A stretch of DNA of 29,765 nucleotides from Puniceicoccaceae bacterium (GCA_003567255.1 PWZW01000071.1:1-29765); one strand, 5' to 3'; counted from the stretch's first letter, positions 19,162 to 27,716 are shown. Translations and numbers: made by a program. The notes: generated by a model not told the origin, from the letters alone.

Positions 19162-19617
19162 AACCTCGAAAATGAACCCCTAAATTACGCCTAAATCTTT
19201 CCGTTCGTAAACGAAGTGTCGCGTTAAATTCATGACCTGACAATCGCCTGCGGGCGCGTTAGCTGATTTGATAAACAGGGATACCGTCCCACCCAACCGC
19301 TTCCCCACAGTGCGAGCTTAACATTTAAGCAAACGGTAATGGTACCGATCTGTCGAAGCACTCGGCTTTCTTCGTGCCAAGCTGGGCCTTTCCTTGGTCC
19401 CACTCCCGTAGGCCATCGTTCTTTGGTCTAAAAGACACCATTTATCCATTGATGAGGCTTTAGGTATCGACAAACCAGAACCAAACTTGCCAGCTTTACT
19501 GCATGGTTTGCTTTCGCCGGTCACGTATGATTACCGACTTGTTATCCTCCAAAGGATGGCACTTCCTGCCGTCGTCATCCTTCAAATCCTCAACCCGGCA
19601 AGGAGTTTTTTTGCAGG

Positions 19618-20283
19618 ATGAGTGAGGCCAGTTTTCGTCCGGCTGCGCTGGGTGAGCAGCTTTACCAGGAACTCAAAAAGCGGGTGCTCACCTGTGTACT
19701 CAAGCCGGGACAGCATCTGGTAGAGAAGCATTTGTGCGAGGATTTAGGGGTTTCCCGCGCTTCGCTCCGTGAGGCGCTGCATCGCTTGGCTCAAGAAAAA
19801 CTGGTAACCCAGCGCCCCAACGTCGGGTTCCACGTAACACCCATTACGGCCGACCGATTTCGTAATATCTGCGAAGTGCGGCGTGTCTTGGAGTCGCAGG
19901 CAGCGGGCTTGGCTGCCGAAAGGGCAGATGCCGCAGCCATTGCAAGGATGCGTGCCGCCGCAGAATTGCAGATAGATCCGAACGATCCCGATGCCTATGT
20001 CCAGTACGTCCGAGAAAATTTCGCTTTCCATCATGCCGTGGCCCAAGCTTCGGGGAATCCACTCCTCGAAGAATTGGTGGTAAGCGCCCTGGAAAAGGAC
20101 CAGCAACCCATTTATTACGGTATTGATCTCGAAGTTTGTACCAATTCGGAAGATATTTCGGCCGAACATCTGGAAATAGTCACCGCCATCGAGGCAAAGG
20201 ATGCAGAAAGGGCTTCGGCACTCATGACCTCCCATATTGGGAAAAAAGAGCGGCGGATCGCCCAAGCCGCGATTCCACATTGA
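19618..20283 (+). CDS. GntR family transcriptional regulator with FCD domain
   Basis: wHTH 'LKPGQHLVEKHLCEDLGVSRASLREALHRLAQEKLV' and FCD 'NFAFHHAVAQASGNPLL...EHLEIVTAI...LMTSHI'. AGGAG lies at 19601-19605. Confidence 0.93.
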   Translation: MSEASFRPAALGEQLYQELKKRVLTCVLKPGQHLVEKHLCEDLGVSRASLREALHRLAQEKLVTQRPNVGFHVTPITADRFRNICEVRRVLESQAAGLAAERADAAAIARMRAAAELQIDPNDPDAYVQYVRENFAFHHAVAQASGNPLLEELVVSALEKDQQPIYYGIDLEVCTNSEDISAEHLEIVTAIEAKDAERASALMTSHIGKKERRIAQAAIPH

Positions 20284-20391
20284 GCATGCGCGGCCAACCC
20301 GCGTTAGAGATTGCCAAGCAGAAAACCATTCGCTTGCTTGCTTAGTAGGGTGAACCTTCCACCCGGTTTAATTTTTTATTTATTTTTGGAT

Positions 20392-22155
20392 ATGTCACCA
20401 CACCCCAGATCAGCCCTGGCCGCCCGCGCACGCCGACGTGTAATTTTCCGCCGCACGCTCGCCGTCTTTGGTTCTGTTTTTGCCGCGGGGGGAATCCTTT
20501 ACCTTTTCTATTTCCTATCCACCTTAGGCCCACAAAGCGTGGACCGTAGCACGATCTCGAGTACAACAGAAATCTCAGAGGGAGCGCGGGCGCTGCTCAG
20601 TTCCAGCGAAGATGCGGAGCGACGCTTTAACGAGATGTTGACCCTGCGAGAGCCGGGTGAAGCGCATGTCGAACTCTTGCGGGAAGCGATCCGTTATCAG
20701 GAAGCCTACATTGCTGCACTCCCCTCCAATATTCCTGAGGCGCGGGCTCGACTCAATCGCCTCGATTTGGATATGCAAAACCTCGCGGCAGAATTACTTT
20801 TTGAGGAAAGTTTGGCGCAGGAAAATATCGCTGAGCGCTTTGAGGTCCAGCGCCAGTTTGCCGCAGCAGAACCTCACTTTGAGCGGGCAGCCGCCCTGCA
20901 GCGAAAAATAAATAATGACTACCCCCGAAGTTCAAATGTAAGTCGTGGGCGAGAAACCCGCCTGAGTCGGGCCGCCCGCTTCTCGACGGTGCGGCCAATT
21001 CATGAGCGTAGTGTTGCCGCAGAGCGCAGTGGAGAGGATGCCCTGGAGGATGGGGCGCTCGACGAGGCCGAAGACGCCTTCCGCGAGGCGCTCAGGCTTC
21101 AGGAGGATATCAATCGCCGGTTCTCCGGCTCCTCCCTGGCAAGCCCCGCAAGGCTGGAAAGCCTGAGATCAAAGCTTATCGATATCGAGGCGGGTCGCGA
21201 GCATGTCCGCATCCTCAGCCTTATCGAACGCGCAGAGGCGCGGGCAGACGTGGGTTCGGCACTGGAGGCCGCAGCGCTTTTCCAGGAGGCAGAGGAGTTG
21301 CAAAGGGCGTTGAATCGAAACTTCCCGCTCAGTCGATATGCTTCCAGTGAGGAGGCCGATCGCTTGGTGCGGGCGAAACAAACTGCCCAAAGTGAAGAAA
21401 TTGCGACGGCCGTAAGCCGGCAAACAGCCCAGCTTGATGCAGCCTTGATGGCGCGGGATGTTTCCCGCGCCAACGACTTGGTCGAGCGCCTGCGGACAGA
21501 CTTAACCACACTGGCAGACACCTACCCCCGCAGTGCCCATCGCAATGATTCACTCCAACTCAAGGTCCGGTACCTCAACCTCATCGCCGACTCAATCGCT
21601 CCAGCGCAGGAGCTGGTATTTTCCCAACTTGTCGAAATTCCTGATCAGACGGGAACCTTCATGCTGCGCAGCGAGGTGACGCAGGAGCTATATGAAAAAG
21701 TAATGGCCGCAAATCCCAGTCGCCATGTCGGTGCCCAGCTTCCAGTCGACTCAGTGAGTTGGGCGGAGGCAGTCGAATTTTGCCAGCGCTTGAGCTGGAT
21801 CCTGGCACGTCCTGCCCGCCTTCCGAAAGAGCTGGAATATCGAAAAGCCCTCGGCCCGCTACGGTTTTTGGTCCTTGAAGAACACGCCTGGGGTGCGGGA
21901 AACAGCGAAATGGCCACGCATGCCGTTACTCAGCTGAGCCCACACACTGCAGGATTTTATGATTTATTGGGTAATGTGAGTGAATGGTTGGCGAATGACT
22001 CGGCAGAGCGTCCGCTGCAAGTACAGCACATCGGAGGACACGCTCAGGATTCCTTTACCGATTTGTTTACCGTGCCCCTGCGCAACTCACCCCCAAACGA
22101 ACGTAACCGTCTCATAGGCTTTCGTTTTGTGGTAGACATGGAGCCGCGTCCGTAA
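20392..22155 (+). CDS. Membrane-anchored protein with five 67-aa helical repeats and a C-terminal SUMF1/FGE-fold domain
   Basis: N-terminal TM (AVFGSVFAAGGILYLFYFL) and helical repeats. FGE-fold motifs are 'EVTQELYEKVM..NPS', 'PVDSVSWAEAVEFC', 'RLPKELEY', 'GFYDLLGNVSEW' and 'IGFRFV'. ATG 20392 is preferred over the ORF-track start at 20311. Confidence 0.85.
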   Translation: MSPHPRSALAARARRRVIFRRTLAVFGSVFAAGGILYLFYFLSTLGPQSVDRSTISSTTEISEGARALLSSSEDAERRFNEMLTLREPGEAHVELLREAIRYQEAYIAALPSNIPEARARLNRLDLDMQNLAAELLFEESLAQENIAERFEVQRQFAAAEPHFERAAALQRKINNDYPRSSNVSRGRETRLSRAARFSTVRPIHERSVAAERSGEDALEDGALDEAEDAFREALRLQEDINRRFSGSSLASPARLESLRSKLIDIEAGREHVRILSLIERAEARADVGSALEAAALFQEAEELQRALNRNFPLSRYASSEEADRLVRAKQTAQSEEIATAVSRQTAQLDAALMARDVSRANDLVERLRTDLTTLADTYPRSAHRNDSLQLKVRYLNLIADSIAPAQELVFSQLVEIPDQTGTFMLRSEVTQELYEKVMAANPSRHVGAQLPVDSVSWAEAVEFCQRLSWILARPARLPKELEYRKALGPLRFLVLEEHAWGAGNSEMATHAVTQLSPHTAGFYDLLGNVSEWLANDSAERPLQVQHIGGHAQDSFTDLFTVPLRNSPPNERNRLIGFRFVVDMEPRP

Positions 22156-22343
22156 TGGTAGAGCAGGATAATCAACCGGAAAAAAGTAAGCAACTGGACG
22201 ATGCCGAGGCGCTTCCAAAGCAAGATTGGCGGGACGTGCCCGAGGCAGTCCTTGCCCGACGGTGGATCATTATCGCAACGGTGGTGGGCATGACCCTTCC
22301 CTTTGTCCTTATTTTCATCGTACACACCCTCACCAAGTCTTGA
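22155..22343 (+). CDS. Small single-TM protein (62 aa), translationally coupled to the upstream gene
   Basis: TAATG overlap at 22153-22157. Acidic N-terminus and C-terminal hydrophobic helix 'WIIIATVVGMTLPFVLIFIVH'. Confidence 0.65.
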   Translation: MVEQDNQPEKSKQLDDAEALPKQDWRDVPEAVLARRWIIIATVVGMTLPFVLIFIVHTLTKS

Positions 22344-22433
22344 ACTTCGCTTCTCCTTCCTTCGCAACTTTTTCGATCACCTTTACCCCCGTCATTCACC
22401 TCCCCAAAAAAAAGCAAAATTCAGCATAGTTAC

Positions 22434-23636
22434 ATGATTACCGATACCGAGTCCCTAAGAGAGATCACCGAAGCTGCCCAAGCCGCAGGATGTTGTGCCG
22501 TCGACACCGAGTTTGTTTGGGAGCGCACTTATTATGCGATTCTTGGCGTGGTACAAATCGGCCTACCCGATGGGAGATGCGAGCTGGTGGACGCTCCTGC
22601 GATTGAGGACTGGACGCCTTTTGCCAAGCTAATCGCAGATCCGGACACTGTGAAGATTTTGCACGACGCTCAGCAGGATTTGAAAATTCTCAAGCGAGCC
22701 TGTGGTGCACTCCCCCGGAATATTTTCGATTCTCAGCGAGCGGCTGGTTTCGTTGGCTTGAGCGCAACGATTTCTTTAAGCGACCTTTTGCGAAAAATCG
22801 TCAAGGTGCGTCTCGATAAAGCCGAAACGCGGTCCGACTGGCTGCAGCGTCCCCTGACCGATGAGCAGGAACGCTACGCCGAAGACGATGTCCGCTACCT
22901 TCCAGAGGTTCGGGAAAAAATACTGCGCACGGCAGAGCAAAAAGGTAGAGCCGCTTGGATCGAAGAGGAGATGAAGCTCTACGAAAATGCTGAGCTCTAC
23001 GCCGAGGGCGATCCCGACGCGGAAATGCCGAGGGTACGGGGCACTGGTTCGGCTAACGCGGAGCAGCGCGACATTATTCGAGCCCTCGCCGGGTGGCGGG
23101 AGCTCGAGGCACGACGGCGAAACCTCCCCCGTCCATTCGTTCTTTCAGACGACGCCATCGTTTCCCTTTCCAAGCGTCCTCCTCGCAGCATGGAAGCGAT
23201 TGAGCCAGTCAAAGGACTTTCACCGAAAGCCCTGAACCACACCCGCAAACCGATTTGGAAGGCGCTCCAACGCGCATTTAATAATGAGCTCCCACCGCTG
23301 CCTACCGGAAAGCGCCGGGGCCGTCAGCCAGATGAGAGCTTTGAGGCTCGGGTCGACCTTGCCCTCGCTTTCGTGAAAGGGCGTTGCCTGGCCAACGAGC
23401 TCGATCCCGCTTTGATTGGAAATCGGGCCGAGATCACCGCCTTCGTCCAAGAGGCAGATGCTGCCCTGGAGGAGGATCACAATATCCTACGCGGCTGGCG
23501 CTTCCCTCTAATTGGTGCTCCCTTACTGACCATTTTGGACAGTCGCGCCAGCATCATGATCGACCCCTCAAACGGGTGCCCAGCGCTTTCCGAGGGCCAC
23601 GAACTCTCTTCGGCGGTGGCTCCCGCGAAACATTAG
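22434..23636 (+). CDS. rnd: Ribonuclease D (DEDDy 3'-5' exonuclease with HRDC domain)
   Basis: 'AVDTEFVWERTYY..LGVVQI', 'KILHDAQQDL', 'IFDSQ', 'SDWLQRPLTDEQERYAEDDV' and HRDC 'LAGWRELEARRRNLPRPFVLSD'. Confidence 0.92.
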   Translation: MITDTESLREITEAAQAAGCCAVDTEFVWERTYYAILGVVQIGLPDGRCELVDAPAIEDWTPFAKLIADPDTVKILHDAQQDLKILKRACGALPRNIFDSQRAAGFVGLSATISLSDLLRKIVKVRLDKAETRSDWLQRPLTDEQERYAEDDVRYLPEVREKILRTAEQKGRAAWIEEEMKLYENAELYAEGDPDAEMPRVRGTGSANAEQRDIIRALAGWRELEARRRNLPRPFVLSDDAIVSLSKRPPRSMEAIEPVKGLSPKALNHTRKPIWKALQRAFNNELPPLPTGKRRGRQPDESFEARVDLALAFVKGRCLANELDPALIGNRAEITAFVQEADAALEEDHNILRGWRFPLIGAPLLTILDSRASIMIDPSNGCPALSEGHELSSAVAPAKH

Positions 23637-23644
23637 CCTGCCTT

Positions 23645-24151
23645 ATGTCGCTCCATACGACCCACGCCAACCACCCGCTGCCCAAGATCATCGGCTGGCG
23701 CGAAGTGGTCGATTTTCCGGATTGGGGCGCGCATGGTCTCTTGGCCAAATCAGATACCGGTGCCAAGGGCAGCGCCATCGACGTTGAGAGTCATGAACTC
23801 ATGGACGATGGGCATGTTCGTTTCTGGATAGCGAGTTCGCGGACCGACCGAACGAAGCTTTTGGAGGTGGTGGCACCCGTGGTTGGGCGAGTCAAAGTGC
23901 GCTCAAGTAATGGGCGCACCCAAACGCGCATTAAGGTACGGACGAGGCTACAGATTGGGCGGGTTTTCAAAACCGTTGAGCTCAGCTTGGTCAACCGCCA
24001 GCGCATGCTTTGTCGCGTGCTGCTTGGGCGGGAGGCGCTGGCGGGGACCTTCCTTGTCGATAGTAGTGAAAAGTTTGTCCACGGGCCCAAGCGCCGGGCC
24101 GCATTTCGTGCCAAACTCCCGGCTAAAGGCAAACGCCGAAACGACGTTTAG
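23645..24151 (+). CDS. RimB-like putative protease (retropepsin-like; often annotated 'ATP-dependent zinc protease')
   Basis: 'IIGWREVVDFPDWG..LLAKSDTGAKGSAIDV', 'VKVRSSNG' and 'MLCRVLLGREAL'. The real start is ATG 23645; the ORF track's upstream extension overlaps rnd. Confidence 0.85.
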   Translation: MSLHTTHANHPLPKIIGWREVVDFPDWGAHGLLAKSDTGAKGSAIDVESHELMDDGHVRFWIASSRTDRTKLLEVVAPVVGRVKVRSSNGRTQTRIKVRTRLQIGRVFKTVELSLVNRQRMLCRVLLGREALAGTFLVDSSEKFVHGPKRRAAFRAKLPAKGKRRNDV

Positions 24152-24219
24152 CCAAACCAACCTTCCGGTGCCGCCGCCGCGCGCTTGTCTCGCTTCCGAA
24201 TCTATGCATCCATTGCACC

Positions 24220-25620
24220 ATGACTAATAAGGTATCGGACGCACGTGACTTTGATTTTGTGGTGGTCGGTGGAGGCAGCGCAGGCTACGCGGCTGCCCGC
24301 ACCGCGCACGAACATGGCGCAAAGGTCGCCATCGTCGACGGCGCCGAGGAACTCGGTGGACTCTGCATTCTGCGCGGCTGTATGCCCTCGAAGACTTTGA
24401 TTTACACAGCAGAGCTGCTACATCACGCAAAGCATGCCGCTACCTTTGGGCTCTCCGTCGAAGACCCACGGGCCGATATGCGCAAGGTCCGGGACCGGAA
24501 GCGTACCATTATTGAGGAATTTGCCAGCTACCGTCGAGAACAGTTGGAGGCGGATCGCTTTACCCTCTTTCGCAGCCGCGCTAAGTTTGTGGATGCGCAC
24601 ACCCTGGAACTGGATACGGGAGAACGGGTGAAGGGGCGTTTTTTTATGATTGCGACGGGCTCCTCTGTATCAACACCACCGGTTCCCGGACTGGACGAGG
24701 TTCCCTTCTGGACGAGTGATGATATTCTGGACCTTGATACGCTCCCAGAGTCGATCATTGTGCTTGGTGGCGGCGTGGTGGCTTGTGAGCTCGCCCAGTA
24801 CTTGCGTCGGATGGGAAGTGCAGTGACCCAGATCCAGCGTAGTCCCAATATTTTGAAGGAAACCTCCCCCGAGGCAGGCAAAGCGGTGGCTAAAGTTTTT
24901 CGCGCAGAGGGGATTGAGCTTTTTACCGACACCGAACTGGAGGAGGTGGCGCACGGTGCAGAGGAATTCACCGTGCGTTTTCAACATCAGGGGAAAACGG
25001 TCGAACGGAAAGCTCAGCGGTTGCTGAACGCGCTGGGAAGAAAACCAGCTACGGAGGGTCTCGGGTTGGAGACTGTCGGCGTAGCGCTCAGAAAAAGCGG
25101 CCACATCGCCTGCAACAATAATCAACAGACTTCGGTACCTCACATCTACGCTGCGGGCGATTGCTCAGGTCCCAACGAGATTGTCCACGTCGCCATCCTG
25201 CAGGGAGAAACCGGCGCCGCTCATGCCTTCGGGAAGGCTCCGCTTACGCCGTACAAGCCCGAGCATTTGGTGAGTGTTGTCTTCACGGATCCACAAGTTG
25301 CCTCTGCTGGCCTGAGTAAAAAGGAGCTTGAGGCAAAGGGGGTAGATTTTATCGCAGCAGACTACCCCTTCGATGACCACGGCAAGTCCATTCTGATGGA
25401 GGCCAGGTCCGGCTATGTGGCCGTTTTCGCGGAACGCTCAACCAAGCGGATCCTCGGGGCAGAATGCGTCGGCAAGGATGCGGGTGAGCTCATCCATAGC
25501 TTGGCGGTCGGTATCACCCTCGGCGCGACGGCCAGAGAGCTCCTGCAAGTGCAGTGGTATCATCCTACCCTCTCGGAAATTTGGAGCTATCCCCTCGAGG
25601 ATGTGCTTGAGGCCGACTGA
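24220..25620 (+). CDS. Class I pyridine nucleotide-disulfide oxidoreductase (dihydrolipoamide dehydrogenase/MerA/RclA-like)
   Basis: FAD-binding GGGSAG, redox-active 'GGLCILRGCMPSK', 'IATGS', 'GGGVVA', 'YAAGD' and C-terminal 'HPTLSE'. Confidence 0.9.
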   Translation: MTNKVSDARDFDFVVVGGGSAGYAAARTAHEHGAKVAIVDGAEELGGLCILRGCMPSKTLIYTAELLHHAKHAATFGLSVEDPRADMRKVRDRKRTIIEEFASYRREQLEADRFTLFRSRAKFVDAHTLELDTGERVKGRFFMIATGSSVSTPPVPGLDEVPFWTSDDILDLDTLPESIIVLGGGVVACELAQYLRRMGSAVTQIQRSPNILKETSPEAGKAVAKVFRAEGIELFTDTELEEVAHGAEEFTVRFQHQGKTVERKAQRLLNALGRKPATEGLGLETVGVALRKSGHIACNNNQQTSVPHIYAAGDCSGPNEIVHVAILQGETGAAHAFGKAPLTPYKPEHLVSVVFTDPQVASAGLSKKELEAKGVDFIAADYPFDDHGKSILMEARSGYVAVFAERSTKRILGAECVGKDAGELIHSLAVGITLGATARELLQVQWYHPTLSEIWSYPLEDVLEAD

Positions 25621-25697
25621 CTTCCCCGTCTTACTTGCAGTCCTTTTCAGTGTAGGGCATCCATACACCATACTTTCTCCTTCTCCCACAAATTTTT

Positions 25698-26798
25698 ATG
25701 CCAGCAAAAAAGAAATCCAAAGGTTCCAAAACCTCCCATGCTTACGAGGTCGCACCCTTTCTTGCCGACTTACTGGAGTCCCGCTCTCCAACCGGAGCAG
25801 AGTTTGAAGCACAGGTCGTTGTCGATAAGCACGTCGAGGCAAAAGTTGATGCGTATCGCAAGGATTCCATGGGCAACCGGTTTGCGACCGTCAACCCTGA
25901 GGGCAGCCCAAAGGTGCTCTTCGCCGGACATATCGACGAGCTGGGATTGATCGTGAATTACATCGACGATCGCGGCTTCGTCTATTTCGAAACGCTCGGC
26001 GGGCATGATCGTAGTATGATTTCCGGCCGCCGGGTCAATATCCTCACCGAAAACGGGATTGTGAAAGGGGTCACCGGCAAGCGAGCCATTCATTTGATGA
26101 GCCCGGAAGATCGAAAGAAGGTGCCCGAAATACACGAAATTTGGATTGATTTGGGCGTCTCCAGCAAGGAGGAAGCGGAAAAGCTTGTGCGGATCGGCGA
26201 TCCAGCGGTCTATGACCAATCCTTCGAATTGATCAACGGCAGCGTCGGAGTGGCCCGTGCGTTTGATGATCGCGCGGGTGCATACGCCGTGCTCGAGGCC
26301 GTGATGCGCCTTAAATCAAAGCGTAAGCTCGCGGCAAGGGTGACGGCAGCCGCCACGACTCAGGAAGAAATTGGGACTCGCGGCGCAATCACCGCCGCTT
26401 ACTCGGAAAAACCCCACATCGCGGTCGCCGTGGACGTGGGCCATGCGACCGACTCGCCGGACTGCGACCCGCGCAAGTACGGAAAATTCGCGCTTGGAGG
26501 TGGCCCCATCATTTGCCGCGGACCCAACATAAATCCGTTCGTCTTTGACCGCCTCGTCGCTTGTGCGAAAAAGGCAAAAATCCCTTACCAAATTGAGACC
26601 GCCTCAAGACCAACGGGGACCGATGCACGCGCTATTCAGGTTTCCCGGCAAGGGGTAGCTACCGGTTTGCTATCCATCCCTCTGCGCTACATGCACACAC
26701 CCAGCGAAATGGTGGACCTCGAAGATGTGGAAAGGACGGTCCAATTGCTCGTTAGCTTCACCGAATCTTTGAAAAAAGGTGAAGAGGGTATCTGGTAA
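25698..26798 (+). CDS. M42 family aminopeptidase (TET-like)
   Basis: Metal-ligand motifs 'GHIDELG', 'AFDDRAG', 'QEEIGTRGA', 'VDVGHA' and 'RYMHTPSE'. Confidence 0.93.
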   Translation: MPAKKKSKGSKTSHAYEVAPFLADLLESRSPTGAEFEAQVVVDKHVEAKVDAYRKDSMGNRFATVNPEGSPKVLFAGHIDELGLIVNYIDDRGFVYFETLGGHDRSMISGRRVNILTENGIVKGVTGKRAIHLMSPEDRKKVPEIHEIWIDLGVSSKEEAEKLVRIGDPAVYDQSFELINGSVGVARAFDDRAGAYAVLEAVMRLKSKRKLAARVTAAATTQEEIGTRGAITAAYSEKPHIAVAVDVGHATDSPDCDPRKYGKFALGGGPIICRGPNINPFVFDRLVACAKKAKIPYQIETASRPTGTDARAIQVSRQGVATGLLSIPLRYMHTPSEMVDLEDVERTVQLLVSFTESLKKGEEGIW

Positions 26799-26864
26799 AG
26801 CCTCAGGCTATCTGGGAACTCAGGCAAATCGACAGACACCCATTGGAGATATAGCAAAAACCTT

Positions 26865-27716
26865 TTGATGAGAATACCAACCTTACTGCCCTGCATCCTC
26901 CTCTGCTTCAGCCTATTTAGTTTCGCCCGGGCGGAAACCGTAGAGGTCCAGATCATAGAAAACGTCGAGGGCTCTGAAATGGTTCGTTACCTGCCTGTTG
27001 ACGCCCCGGAAGGTACGGAGCCGCTCCTCGCGGCAGTGGGACGTGGCGATTACCTCCTGGATTATGGGGGGCGGACCGTTCGTGCGAAAAAGTCAGTCAG
27101 TATGGGTGAAACCCGACTCGAGGCTATTTGGCCACAAGATGGTTTCCAGGTGCGAGCAATGGAGGGGACTAACCGGAGTTTGCAGCGCACTGTCTTTCAG
27201 CTTGGCCGTGGCGAACACCTTAGCCGGGGAGACTACTTACCAGATTTTGCCCTCTTCGACCAAAATGCAGAAATCCTCCGATCGCGTGATTTGCTCGGTG
27301 CTCCCGTAGTGATGACCTTCATTTTCACACGCTGCACTGTTGAGAACATGTGCCCAATGACAACCCGACGTATGCTCAGTTTAGCCGACGAAATCGAATC
27401 GCGCGAACTCGGCCCCGTTCATCACCTACTCGTGTCCTTCGATCCGGAGTATGACACCCCGGGAAATTTACATCTCCATGCCCTAAACAATGAAATTTCG
27501 AGTGAAAAAATACGCTTTTTGACTGCGAATCAATCCGTGATCGATGACCTTACCCGCGCTTTTGGCATCGTCGTCATGGAAGAGGATGGAACTTTGAACC
27601 ACAACATCTCAACCATACTCACGGATAATCGGAGGAGGATTGTGCTCCGTCAGGACGGCGGCAGATGGTCCAAGGCAAACATCATCCGGGAACTTGAAAG
27701 GATACAAACACGATGA
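26865..27716 (+). CDS. SCO-family copper-binding protein with extra N-terminal domain
   Basis: Signal peptide and thioredoxin-like SCO core 'FIFTRCTVENMCP' (CX5C), 'LLVSFDPEYDTP' and distal His 'HNISTILTD'. The start may be ATG 26868. Confidence 0.88.
   Translation: MMRIPTLLPCILLCFSLFSFARAETVEVQIIENVEGSEMVRYLPVDAPEGTEPLLAAVGRGDYLLDYGGRTVRAKKSVSMGETRLEAIWPQDGFQVRAMEGTNRSLQRTVFQLGRGEHLSRGDYLPDFALFDQNAEILRSRDLLGAPVVMTFIFTRCTVENMCPMTTRRMLSLADEIESRELGPVHHLLVSFDPEYDTPGNLHLHALNNEISSEKIRFLTANQSVIDDLTRAFGIVVMEEDGTLNHNISTILTDNRRRIVLRQDGGRWSKANIIRELERIQTR

Noticed and set aside
18160-19265. Integron attC sites flanking the orphan gene (AGCTAAC...GTCAGGT near 19235-19265; hairpin with TGAGCTTGG near 18175-18215)
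   Set aside because: The elements are too short, the invariant GTT/AAC cores are not both present in the correct arrangement, and there is no intI. The resemblance is only partial.
20348-20388. GGGTG-N7-CACCC hairpin plus T-rich tract as an attenuator or riboswitch
   Set aside because: The stem is only 5 bp, the U-tract is offset, and no aptamer motif lies upstream. It is more likely an AT-rich leader or promoter.
20392-22155. SUMF1-domain protein as the maturase for the nearby sulfatase
   Set aside because: It lacks the catalytic Cys pair of true FGE; its only Cys in the domain is in 'AVEFCQRL'.
24220-25620. Mercuric reductase merA
   Set aside because: It has no C-terminal Cys-Cys pair or N-terminal HMA domain, and no mer genes are nearby.
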